From contig CAWHHI010000011.1 of NCBI GenBank assembly GCA_963829055.1, forward strand, positions 631,384-695,383: a stretch of 64,000 nt of DNA, in the 5' to 3' direction. The translations under genes and the position numbers were made by a program. This stretch comes from an uncultured Gemmatimonadaceae bacterium (GTDB lineage: Bacteria > Gemmatimonadota > Gemmatimonadetes > Gemmatimonadales > Gemmatimonadaceae). How positions within the stretch are numbered: the stretch's first letter is position 1; the number at the start of each line of letters is the position of its first letter. Under the pieces are notes generated by a model. The model searched no databases, was not told the origin of the DNA, and worked only from the letters and a program-made list of their open reading frames with translations. Below are positions 9,497-19,218 of this stretch, piece by piece.

Positions 9497-10135
9497 GTGA
9501 CTGTGCAGCGCCGTCCATCGGTCCTCATCGCCGACGATCACCCGCTCGTGAGCCACGGGCTCCGCGAGCTCCTGCGGTCCACACACACAGTCGTGGGAAC
9601 GGTCGGTGACGGCCGAGAAGTGCACGACGCGGTGGAGCGGACGAAGCCCGATGTGCTGCTGCTGGATCTCTCCATGCCGCATCGCAATGGACTGGACCTG
9701 ATCCCGGAGCTCGTGGCAGCGTTTCCCTCGCTTCGTATCCTTATTGTAACAATGCACCTCGACCGCACGCTCGCGGATCTCGCGCTGCAGTCCGGCGCGC
9801 ATGGTTTCATTCCCAAGGGAGCGACGGCGGAGGAATTGAACGGCGCCATTCATGACGTGTTGAGGGGCGAACGGTATATATCGCCGAAGATTCCGCGTCG
9901 CAGCTTCCGAGACGGGGCGGCCCTCGAGGACCCGTCCCTCGATCGTTTGACGCCTCGTCAGCGCCAGATCCTGGATTTGATCGGTCAAGGCAAGAGCAGC
10001 GCTCAGATCGCCGAAGCGCTAAGCGTGAGTCCGCGTACGATTGAATTCCATCGCGCGCAGATCCGGAAAACTCTTGGCATATCGAACGAGATGGGTTTAC
10101 TTCGGTACGCCATCATGCTTGGGACAAGGGATTAG
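9497..10135 (+). CDS. NarL/FixJ-family response regulator (REC + LuxR HTH)
   Basis: VLIADDHPLV, LLDLSMP, GFIPK, LTPRQRQIL...IAEALSVSPRTIEFHR. Confidence 0.95.
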   Translation: MTVQRRPSVLIADDHPLVSHGLRELLRSTHTVVGTVGDGREVHDAVERTKPDVLLLDLSMPHRNGLDLIPELVAAFPSLRILIVTMHLDRTLADLALQSGAHGFIPKGATAEELNGAIHDVLRGERYISPKIPRRSFRDGAALEDPSLDRLTPRQRQILDLIGQGKSSAQIAEALSVSPRTIEFHRAQIRKTLGISNEMGLLRYAIMLGTRD

Positions 10136-10238
10136 GGGCGCTAAACTCGAGTCGGGGCAACACTGACGCTTACCTGACGGCGACCGGCTAGTAGTTCTCC
10201 GAGTGTACAGGCCAAATCCCCCGTCGTAGCGTAGGTCC

Positions 10239-11070
10239 ATGAGTCGCCTCTCTCTGTACGTGACCGCCCCGCCGTTCATGCATGTGCGACGGCTTGGAGA
10301 CGGTAGACCGCCCCTCGGAGCCATTCTTGCTCGCTGACGTGGCCGAGCGCCCGGCCACGTCGGAAGAGCTCAAAGAGTTGTTCGCGCTCGCGCCCTGGTG
10401 TCCGGTGTGCGTGCTGCTGCGCTCCACTGCCGAACGCCGACGGATTCCTCGGTCACCGCGGATGTGTTCCGTCAGCTCACTCGTTGGTGGTGGCGGCGCG
10501 GCATCCATCCTCGCTGCTGTTCGGGAGCGACCGCGTCCTGCACCGATGGAGATGGCTGAGTGGCTCGCCGATCGCGCGCGAACGCCCGGTTTGCGCGCTC
10601 CGCTCGCGACGCTGTTCGGCCGCGCCATCTCCGGCATCTCGCATTCGGGACTTGGTTCTACCTGGTCGGACACCCCGGTCTCCGCGCTCGGGAATTGGCC
10701 GGGGACTACGTGGCAGGAAGTCGCGCGGCTTGCCGACCTTGCCGCCAACCGCGAGGCGATGGGTCGCCTGCTCGGGCGCCGCAATCCGCAGGGAGTGCAG
10801 GCGGTGCATGCGATGGAGGAATTCCTCGGCGCCACTGAAGAGGAGTTCCGTGAGCGCGCCGGTTGGGAATGGGTGTTGGAGGCAGCGGTGCGGCGCTCCC
10901 GCGAGCAGAGTCTCGAGATCCTCGCGTCGGCGCTGGGCACGTCTCCGCTCGGCTCCGCCCGCGTCGGTCAAGCGGCAGATACGCCTCGTGTTCCTTCCGG
11001 CGTCACACCCGAGTGGCCTCGCGCCGCGCAGTTGGCCGACGCTCCGCTCCGGGCCGCCGCGGGCAGATAG
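10239..11070 (+). CDS. Hypothetical protein (PWCPVC and GWEWVLEAA motifs), frameshift near 10325
   Basis: ATG 10239 gives MSRLSLYVTAPPF...GAIL, which joins ORF 10282..11070 after a single indel. Confidence 0.55.
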
Positions 11071-11136
11071 ACGAGACATGCTGGCGATTCCGGGGCGCGG
11101 GCCGCATCATCGGCCGGCCTTCGTCCCGGAGCTCAG

Positions 11137-12342
11137 GTGTCGCGTATCCGATCGAGCATTGCCGCCCTTCTGCTAGCCGCGCCAGTCGCCGCCAGCACGT
11201 CCTCGGCGCAGAATGCTTCGCCTCCAGCCGGTTGGGCGAACTTCACACGTCTGCTCGAGGCATATACGGACAGCGACCACATCGTGGGCGCGAGCGCGTT
11301 CGTCATGCGCGATGGCCGAGTGCTGGCGCGGCACAACGTGGGGTTCGCGGACAAGGCGGCAGGCAAGCGCGTCGATGACCGCTCGATCTTCCACTGGGGA
11401 TCGGTCACCAAGACGCTGACTGCAATCTCGATCATGCAGCTTCGCGATCGGGGTAAGCTCTCGCTGGACGACAAGGTCACGCGATGGGTGCCGGAGCTGC
11501 GACGGATCCACGACCCGTACGGCATGATCGACAGCATCACGATACGGATGCTCATGTCGCACTCGGCCGGATTCCGGAACGGGACCTGGCCGTATGGATC
11601 GGGCGAGGCATGGGAACCGTTCGAGCCCACCGAGTGGGCGCAGCTGGTCGCGATGATGCCGTATCAGCAGTTGCTGTTCAAACCCGGCACGAAGTACAGC
11701 TACTCGAATCCGGGGTTCGTCTATCTCGCTCGGATCATCGAGGCGGTGAGCGGCGATCCCTGGGCGACGTACGTGCAGAAGAACATTTTCTCGCCGCTCG
11801 GTCTGGATCGGAGCTACTTCGGAACGACGCCGTACTATCTCGCCGCCGACCGATCGCACAACTACTACGTCGCGCACGACTCGGTCTCGCGCCGGGACAG
11901 CGTCATCGACAATGGCGCGGACTTCGATCCGGGCATCACGATCCCGAATGGCGGCTGGAACTCGCCGCTCGATGACCTGGCCACGTATCTCGCGTTTCTG
12001 ACGAACGCGCCCGGCGGCCGTCTCCCGAAAGAGCGCTACGACGTGATCCTCAAGCGCGCGTCGCTGGAGGAGATGTGGCGCCCGGTGGTGAATACGAACG
12101 GCAACGGTTACGGCTCGGAGAACGACTGGATGGGGCTCTCGTTCTTCGGCATGAAGTCGGGAGACGTGACGATCCTGGGCCACACGGGAAGCCAGGCGGG
12201 GTTCCACTGCTTCACGTACTTCGATCCGGTGAAGCGCACGGCGGTGCTGGTGGTGTTCAACACGTCGTCGGAGCGAAGCACCCCGGGCGCGCGTGCGGCA
12301 CAAAAAGCAATGACGGAAGCGGCGCTCGGATTACTGAAGTAA
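11137..12342 (+). CDS. Secreted serine hydrolase, beta-lactamase family (class C/D-peptidase-like)
   Basis: SVTK, YSN and HTG motifs; signal peptide. Confidence 0.92.
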   Translation: MSRIRSSIAALLLAAPVAASTSSAQNASPPAGWANFTRLLEAYTDSDHIVGASAFVMRDGRVLARHNVGFADKAAGKRVDDRSIFHWGSVTKTLTAISIMQLRDRGKLSLDDKVTRWVPELRRIHDPYGMIDSITIRMLMSHSAGFRNGTWPYGSGEAWEPFEPTEWAQLVAMMPYQQLLFKPGTKYSYSNPGFVYLARIIEAVSGDPWATYVQKNIFSPLGLDRSYFGTTPYYLAADRSHNYYVAHDSVSRRDSVIDNGADFDPGITIPNGGWNSPLDDLATYLAFLTNAPGGRLPKERYDVILKRASLEEMWRPVVNTNGNGYGSENDWMGLSFFGMKSGDVTILGHTGSQAGFHCFTYFDPVKRTAVLVVFNTSSERSTPGARAAQKAMTEAALGLLK

Positions 12343-12354
12343 TGCGAGCACCAC

Positions 12355-12610
12355 GGAAGGAGGAACGGAGCGGAAGGCAGGCGAGACGGCGGAGAAAAGC
12401 GTATCATCCCGAGCGCGGGAGCCCGCGCAGCGGGCAGATGAGGGACCTTCTCGACCGTCATCGTGGCCAATCGCGCCACGATGACAATCACAGAAGGTCC
12501 CTCGTCGCTTCGCTCCTCGGGATGACATGCGCTTCGCTCGGATGGATAACGCTTTTTCTCCGCCATCCGCCTTCCGCCCTCCTCCTTCCGCAGGCCTCCT
12601 TCCTCGGCCT
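12355..12610. repeat. Type B REP-like hairpin enclosed by inverted purine-rich/pyrimidine-rich arms
   Basis: TCATCCCGAG...GAGGGACCTTCT...AGAAGGTCCCTC...CTCGGGATGACA, flanked by GGAAGGAGG...GGCGGAGAAAAGCG and CGCTTTTTCTCCGCC...CCTCCTTCC. Confidence 0.8.
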
Positions 12611-12612
12611 CG

Positions 12613-13650
12613 CTAGAACCGATACCTCACCGACAGATACGTCGGCTCCATACCGGTCGACGAGGACACCTCGTCGAACAGGCGCGCGAAGTCGATCGCC
12701 AGGTTGCCCGAGTCGTAGCCCACGCCTAACGACGGACCACCGTAGCCGCCCGAGCGCGACGCGTAGCCACCACGGAACAGCAGTCGTCGCCGCCAGCCGA
12801 GCTCCGCGCCAACGCGCGGCGACGGGTCCATGCGTCGGAGCTCGCTCACCATGTCCGCACTGAGCCGAAGCTGCGCGCCGTCCACCATCGCTTCCAGCGC
12901 CGAGACGCGCCACTCCATCCCGGCCTGCAGGCGGGACGGAAGCTGGTCCGCTTGCGGCTCGTCGTTGACCTGCATCGGAAGGCCCATGTTGCGGACGCTC
13001 GCACCGAGCGTGATCGGAATCTGTGGGTCGAGCGAAAACTGCGCGCCCGCGTCGACCGCGCTCGTGGATGCCATGATGCCCGTTTCGCCCGTACACGGGC
13101 CGGTGCAGTCGATCCGCCACTGCACGAGTTTGTAGCTCAGTCCCACGTTGAGTCGTTCGAGCGCCGCGGCGTACGTCGCCGCGTAGATCAGACTTCGCGG
13201 AAGGATCGTGCCGCCTTCCGCTCCAGACTCGTCCGCGTTGCCTGACGACCCGAAGTCCCGCAGGCTTGCCGAGACGCCGAATGATCCGAGCAGTCGCGAG
13301 TGTGCGACGACCGAGAGGGCGTCGGCCTTGCCGCCGATGCTCTGCGAGTGGTGAATCGCGGCACTGGTGCCCTTCATGCGCGCCAGACCAGACGGGTTCC
13401 ACCACACGGATTCAGTCGTGCCGTCCATCGCCATCGCCGCCTGCCCGAGCGCGACGGCCCGCGCGCCGGTGGGCAGCAACAGATCGAGCGCGCCCTCGCC
13501 CATGGCCGGGTGTTGCGCCTCGGTGCGCACCGGCAGAAACGTGGACGCGACGGACGCGACGATCGCGATCCGCGCGCGCAGTCCTCGGTCGAGCGGCTTT
13601 CCAAGCGGCTTTGCAAGCGGCTTTGTACGACGGTGCGGTACCAGCATCAT
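12613..13650 (-). CDS. PorV/PorQ-like outer-membrane beta-barrel
   Basis: GARAVALGQA, WWNPSGLA, C-terminal SVRYRF; start uncertain. Confidence 0.8.
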   Translation of the reverse strand: MMLVPHRRTKPLAKPLGKPLDRGLRARIAIVASVASTFLPVRTEAQHPAMGEGALDLLLPTGARAVALGQAAMAMDGTTESVWWNPSGLARMKGTSAAIHHSQSIGGKADALSVVAHSRLLGSFGVSASLRDFGSSGNADESGAEGGTILPRSLIYAATYAAALERLNVGLSYKLVQWRIDCTGPCTGETGIMASTSAVDAGAQFSLDPQIPITLGASVRNMGLPMQVNDEPQADQLPSRLQAGMEWRVSALEAMVDGAQLRLSADMVSELRRMDPSPRVGAELGWRRRLLFRGGYASRSGGYGGPSLGVGYDSGNLAIDFARLFDEVSSSTGMEPTYLSVRYRF

Positions 13651-13731
13651 CGAACCGCTCCTGATTGGCTCGCGTTGCCATCCACATCGAGTGCCGGCAT
13701 GGATGACGGTCGCGCGCTGCGAGATCTTTAC

Positions 13732-13804
13732 GTAGCCTTACCCCAGGTAGCCTTACCCGTCGGGTGTCCACCAGGTCACATACTGTCGCATACGGTCGCA
13801 TACT
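13732..13804. promoter_or_regulatory. Direct repeats in a divergent promoter region (candidate regulator sites)
   Basis: GTAGCCTTACCC x2 (13732, 13747); GTC(A/G)CATAC(T/G) x3 at 10-bp period (13775, 13785, 13795). Confidence 0.45.
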
Positions 13805-13851
13805 GAGCCGGGACGGAGCAGGCGACCGCTCGTCCCACCGTCGGAGGTCCA

Positions 13852-15468
13852 GTGCACGTGTTCAAGAAGTTCCGCGCGATTCGAGCCGGCGCAATAGTTG
13901 GGGCGGCCATGGTCGTCACTGCGCCAGCCGGGATCGCGGCGCAACAGCCCGCATCGTCCGCGCGCCCTGCCGCATCGGGCGCGAGCGTGCGCGCGGCAAC
14001 GCGGCAATATCGTGAGTCGCACGAGGCCGAGATCGCGCGGGAATTCGTGGAGCTGCTCGCGATTCCTGACGTGGCGTCGGACACCGCGAACATTGGTCGG
14101 AACGCCACGGCGGTGATGGCGATGTTGCGTCGTCGCGGCGTGACGACGCGGACCCTCGACGGTGCCGGCGGGCCACCGGCGGTGTACGGCGAGCTGCGCT
14201 CGCCTAACGCCACGAGAACCGTGGTGTTCTACGCGCACTACGACGGCCAGCCCGTGGATCCGTCGCAGTGGACCGGCGCGCCGTTCACGCCGGTGCTCCG
14301 CGATGGATCGCTCGCGGCCGGCGCCAAAGTCATCCCGATGCCTGCCGCCGGCGAACGCATGCGAGGCGACTCGCGCATCTACGCGCGGTCGGCGAGCGAC
14401 GACAAGGGCGCCATCATCGCGATGATGAGCGCGCTCGACGCATTGCGCGCTGGCGGCATCGCGCCGTCGGTGAATCTCAAGTTCTTCTTCGAGGGCGAGG
14501 AGGAGGCCGGTTCGTCGCATCTGCGTCGCGTCCTGCAGGCGAACGCCGAGCTCCTGCGCGCGGACGCGTGGGTGTTCTGCGATGGGCCGGTGCATCAGAG
14601 CGGCCGCCAGCAGGTGGTGTTTGGTGCTCGCGGCGTGATGGGGCTCGAGCTCACGACCTATGGGCCGCTGCGCCCGCTGCACAGCGGCCATTACGGCAAC
14701 TGGGCACCGAATCCGGCCGTACTCATGGCGACGCTGATCGCCAGCATGCGCGACGACGACGGCCGCATCCTGATCGCCGGCTTCAACGACGACGTCCGCC
14801 CCATCTCGGCAGCGGAGCGTACCGCGTTAGGCGCGATCCCTCCGGTCGACACCACCCTTCGACGCGCGCTTCAACTGGGCGCGACCGAGGCCGGCAACGC
14901 GTCGTTGGCGGAGCGGATCATGGCGCCGGCGCTGAACGTGCGCGGGATCAAGGTGGGTGGCGTGCGCGAGCTGGCCGCCAACGCCATTCCTACCGAGGCG
15001 TCGGCCTCGATCGACTTCCGACTCGTGCCTAACCAGACACCCGAGCACGTACGACAGCTGGTCGAGGCGCACCTTCGTTCGCGTGGCTACCATCTCGTCG
15101 CCGACACGCCGGATTCGGCGACACGCGTGACGCATCCGAAGATCGTACGCGTCGAATGGGAAGGTGGGTACGCCGCGACGCGCGCTCCGATGGACATTCC
15201 GTTCTCGCGGGCGTTGCTCGCCGCCGCGTCGAGTGGCGCCGCGACGCCGCCGCTCGCGGTCCCGATGCTCGGCGGCAGTCTTCCCACGTCCACGTTCGAG
15301 CAGGTGCTCGGCGTGCCGCTCGTGGTGTTGCCGATTGCCAATTACGACAACAACCAGCACGCGGCGAACGAGAACATCCGTGTTCAGAACCTGTGGGATG
15401 GGATCGAGCTGTTTGCCGCGGTCATGGCGCGGGTCGGGCACGAGTGGAAGGAGAGTGCGGTCCCATGA
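13852..15468 (+). CDS. M20/M25/M40-family metallopeptidase, secreted
   Basis: YAHYDGQP, ARSASDDKG, EGEEEAGS, LHSGHYG and NQHAANEN motifs; GGAGG RBS. Confidence 0.93.
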   Translation: MHVFKKFRAIRAGAIVGAAMVVTAPAGIAAQQPASSARPAASGASVRAATRQYRESHEAEIAREFVELLAIPDVASDTANIGRNATAVMAMLRRRGVTTRTLDGAGGPPAVYGELRSPNATRTVVFYAHYDGQPVDPSQWTGAPFTPVLRDGSLAAGAKVIPMPAAGERMRGDSRIYARSASDDKGAIIAMMSALDALRAGGIAPSVNLKFFFEGEEEAGSSHLRRVLQANAELLRADAWVFCDGPVHQSGRQQVVFGARGVMGLELTTYGPLRPLHSGHYGNWAPNPAVLMATLIASMRDDDGRILIAGFNDDVRPISAAERTALGAIPPVDTTLRRALQLGATEAGNASLAERIMAPALNVRGIKVGGVRELAANAIPTEASASIDFRLVPNQTPEHVRQLVEAHLRSRGYHLVADTPDSATRVTHPKIVRVEWEGGYAATRAPMDIPFSRALLAAASSGAATPPLAVPMLGGSLPTSTFEQVLGVPLVVLPIANYDNNQHAANENIRVQNLWDGIELFAAVMARVGHEWKESAVP

Positions 15469-15487
15469 CGTCATCCCGATTCATCCA

Positions 15488-16345
15488 GTGAACCGACGCG
15501 ACTTTCTGCACACGACCGGCGGCGCGATGGCGAGCGCCGCACTCGGCTCCAGGGCACTGGGCGTGTCGCCTAACGCGCCGCACTCGACGGCGCCTCTCGA
15601 GCGAATCGGCCTCGAGCTGTACAGCGTCCGCAAAGAGATGGCTCGGGATTTCGATCGCACGCTGGCGACGGTGCGTGAGATCGGCTACACCGACGTCGAG
15701 CTGCTCTGGTCGTTCGACAACTGGGGGAAGTCGACGGCGGAGGTGAAGGCGGCACTCGCGCGTGAAGGCCTGCGCGCGCCGTCGGCGCACATCGCGCCGA
15801 TCACGATGCTGATCGGGTGGGAGCGGCGCCTCGACACCGCCAACGCGTTAGGCCACGAGTATCTCATCGTGCCGAGCCTGACGAGCGACACGAGTCGCAC
15901 GCTCGATGACTGGCGCGAGTGGGCGGATCGCTTCAATCAGGCGGGCGCCGTCGCGCGGCGCCACGGCGTCTGGCTCGCGTTTCATAGCGAGCCGGATCAC
16001 ATGAAGCCGATCGACGGGCAGGTGCCGTACGAGGTCTTCGTCGAGCGCACCGACCCATCGGTGGTTCGCCATCAGCTCGACGTGGGCAACATGGCACTCG
16101 GCGGTGCCGATCCGATGCGATACCTGGAGCGATACCGCGACCGCTACTGGAGCTTCCACTTCAAGGATGTGGTGGCGGATCGGTCGCACGACACGGAGCT
16201 GGGGACGGGCACGCTGGATCTTCGCCGGATCATTGCGGCAATCCCGAACATCGCCGCCAAGCCGTGCTACGTGGAGCAGGAGGGCTCGACGGACTCGCTG
16301 GCGAGCGCTCGCCGGAACTTCGAGTTCCTGCGTCGGCTTGCGTGA
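15488..16345 (+). CDS. Sugar phosphate isomerase/epimerase (xylose isomerase-like TIM barrel), Tat-exported
   Basis: NRRDFL Tat motif; GLELYSVR, LDVGN, FHFKD and YVEQE. Confidence 0.88.
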   Translation: MNRRDFLHTTGGAMASAALGSRALGVSPNAPHSTAPLERIGLELYSVRKEMARDFDRTLATVREIGYTDVELLWSFDNWGKSTAEVKAALAREGLRAPSAHIAPITMLIGWERRLDTANALGHEYLIVPSLTSDTSRTLDDWREWADRFNQAGAVARRHGVWLAFHSEPDHMKPIDGQVPYEVFVERTDPSVVRHQLDVGNMALGGADPMRYLERYRDRYWSFHFKDVVADRSHDTELGTGTLDLRRIIAAIPNIAAKPCYVEQEGSTDSLASARRNFEFLRRLA

Positions 16346-16403
16346 AGAGCTGCTTGCTGGTTGAACGGCAATTTTACCGCAGAGGACGCCAAGGACGCAG
16401 AGC

Positions 16404-16675
16404 ACTGCTTCGGCAGCCATCCAGAGCGGAGGTGTTTTTGAGAAGAGGCCGGAAACCACTGAAACGACCTGATCCGATCGCGACCGGGACAGGTGGTCAC
16501 GCAAGCGGCCGAATCTTTGGCAACGGCCTCGGGGCGCGTTCGTCTCTTCACGGGCCGTTCCTCTTCAATTGCCCCGCTCGAAGAACCGTCGCGGTCGCGA
16601 TCGGATCGGGCTGTTTCAGTCGTTTCCGGCCGTTTCCGTTCACACCCCCGGTTCTGGCTGGCCTGTCGAAGCAGT
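16404..16675. repeat. Long (about 270 nt) imperfect hairpin element
   Basis: Ends ACTGCTTCGGCAGCCATCCAGAG / CTGGCTGGCCTGTCGAAGCAGT; inner arms 16447-16486 and 16592-16631; core similar to 4938-5126 in reverse. Confidence 0.75.
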
Positions 16676-16776
16676 TCGTCGGAGAGGGTAAGTGACCGGA
16701 ACCGTGTACATTGGGTGCGTCGGAGCCACGGCACGATGGCGCCGAGATCCCTACCGCTCGGAGTTTCGTTACGTTC

Positions 16777-19084
16777 ATGTCCAGTCTCGCGACGCGCCTG
16801 CAGAACGCGTTAGGACCATCCTTCGCCATCGAGCGTGAGCTCAGCGGCGGCGGAATGTCGCACGTCTTCCTCGTCGCCGACGCCGCGCTGTCGCGTCGCA
16901 TCGTCGTCAAGATCCTCGCCCCGAACCCTAACGCGAAGGTCGACGCCGAACGCTTCGCCCGCGAGATCCGGATCGCGTCCAGCCTGCAGCATCCGTGCAT
17001 CGTCCCGGTGCTGACGGCGGGGATGATGGATGACGTCCCGTACTACACGATGCCGTTCGTCGCCGGCGAATCGCTCCGCACGAAGCTCGCGACCGGCCAG
17101 CTCCTGCCCGTCGGGCGCGCCGTCCGTGTGCTGCGAGACGTCGCGTCGGCAATCGCGCACGCCCACGAGCACGGCGTCGCGCACCGCGACCTCAAGCCCG
17201 ACAACGTGCTGCTGTCATCAGGGTACGCGGTGGTCACCGACTTCGGCATTGCCAAGGCGGTCTCCTCGTCACGCGGCGAGGTGGACCCGGAGCTGACGTC
17301 GAGCGGGATGACCGTCGGAACGCCGGCATACATGGCGCCCGAACAGGCGGCCGCGGATCCGGACGCCGACCATCGCGTCGACCTGTACGCGTTAGGCATC
17401 ATGGGCTACGAGATCCTCACCGGCCAGCGTCCATTCGTGGCGCGAACCGCGCAGGAGCTGCTCGTCGCGCACATCACGCGCCCGCCAACGCCCATCACCG
17501 ACCGGCGACTCGACCTGCCGCCAGCGCTCTCGTCGCTCGTGATGCGCTGCCTCGCGAAAGCCGCGGCCGAACGCCCATCAGCGATAGAGGTCGTCGACGC
17601 CCTCGACGAGATCGCGGCCGCCGTTGGACACGGAACACCGACGCCATCCACACCCGCGCCCACTGCGGCGGCGCTGCCGTCGATCGCGGTGCTGCCGTTC
17701 GTGAATCTCACCGGAACGCCCGACAACGATCACCTCGCCGACGGTATCGCCGAGGAGATTCTGAACGCGCTCGCTCGGCTCCGCACGATGCACGTCGCGG
17801 CCCGGAGCTCGTCGTTCGCGTTTCGCGGGTCGAGCATCGACCTGCGCGCTGTCGGCGAGCGACTCGGCGTACGCACGGTGCTCGAAGGAAGCGTGAGGCG
17901 ATCCGGCAACCGCCTGCGAGTGACGGTGCAGCTCGCGGACGTCGCCACCGGCTTTCAGCTGTGGTCGGAACGCTACGATCGTGAGGCCGCGGACGTGTTC
18001 GACGTCGAGGACGAGATCGCGTCGGCCGTCGTGGACACACTGAAGGTCACGCTGCTCAAGGCGCCGGGCACGCCGCTCGCACCGCGCCGGACGACCAACT
18101 TCGACGCGTACGAGCTCTATCTCCGCGGCCGCCACGCGTGGAACAACGTCGGCGCGAGCATCGAGCGCGCGCTCGAGCTGTTCGAAGCAGCGCTGGAGAT
18201 CGACCCGGAATTCGCGCTCGCCCACGCGGGCGTTGCCGACGTATTCATTCTCTCGGGCATCTTCCAGTCGCTGCCGCCCACCGAGGCGTTCCCGCTCGCG
18301 CGCGTTGCAGCCGAGCGCGCGCGGTCGCTCGACGAATCGCTGTCGGAGGCCCACGCATTGCTCGGCGCCATCAGCCTCTTTCACGACTGGGACTTCGCCG
18401 CCGCGCGGACGTTCCTCGAGAAGGCGATCGCACTCAACCCGAGCAACGCGGGAGCGTACGGGTGGCTCGCGATGTACCACAGCTTCCGCGGGGATCACGA
18501 CACAGCGCTCGACTGGGCACGTCGCAGTGTGCAGGTCGACCCACTTGCGGCAACGGCGTCCTACAGCGAGCTGTTCACGCTCTACACGGCGCGGCGCTTC
18601 GAGGAGGCGGTCACGTGCGCGGACCGCGTGCTCATGTTGAACCCGTCCTACGCCGAGGGATATCGGTGTCTCGGCGCGTGCCTGCTCGCGCTCGGGCGCA
18701 CAGGGCCTGCGCTCGATGCGCTGCGACAGGCGGTGAAGATCGGCGAGTCGTACGCGTGGGCTGTCGCCACGCTCGCCACGTCGCTTGGCTTCCCTCGGCG
18801 ATACGGAGGAAGCAGAGCGGTTGCTCGGTGAGCTCGAGGCGCGCGCCCGCGAGGACTGGATCTCACCCATGTCGCGAGGCGTGGTCTACGCGGCGCTGGG
18901 TCGGTTCGACGATGCGCTCGCGGCGCTCGAACAATCCGTGGACGACCGCGAGTGCTGGGTGGTCGGTCTCGCGGTCGAGCCGGCGTGGGATATTCTCCGT
19001 GGACACCCGCGCTTCGAGGCGCTGATCGCGAAGATCGACGTCACCGACCGTCAGCAGCCGAGTGCGGCGTTAGGCGTCGCGTGA
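16777..19084 (+). CDS. Ser/Thr protein kinase with TolB_N-like and TPR domains (frameshift near 18790)
   Basis: GGGMSHVF, VVK, HRDLKPDN, DFG, GTPAYMAPEQ; SIAVLPFVN; TPR repeats; C-terminus in ORF 18785..19084. Confidence 0.92.
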
Positions 19085-19088
19085 GCGT

Positions 19089-19210
19089 TGTCATTCCGAG
19101 CGGAGCGCCGCAGCGGAGTCGAGGAATCGCGATCGTCCCGATAGAGGGCCCTCTACCGCGGCAGAGGCTCGATTCCTCGACTCCCGCTTCGCGGCTCGCT
19201 CGGAATGACA
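19089..19210. repeat. REP/REPIN-like element, type A
   Basis: TGTCATTCCGAGCG...GCTCGGAATGACA with the TAGAGGGCCCTCTA core. Confidence 0.9.
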
Positions 19211-19218
19211 CAGATCCA

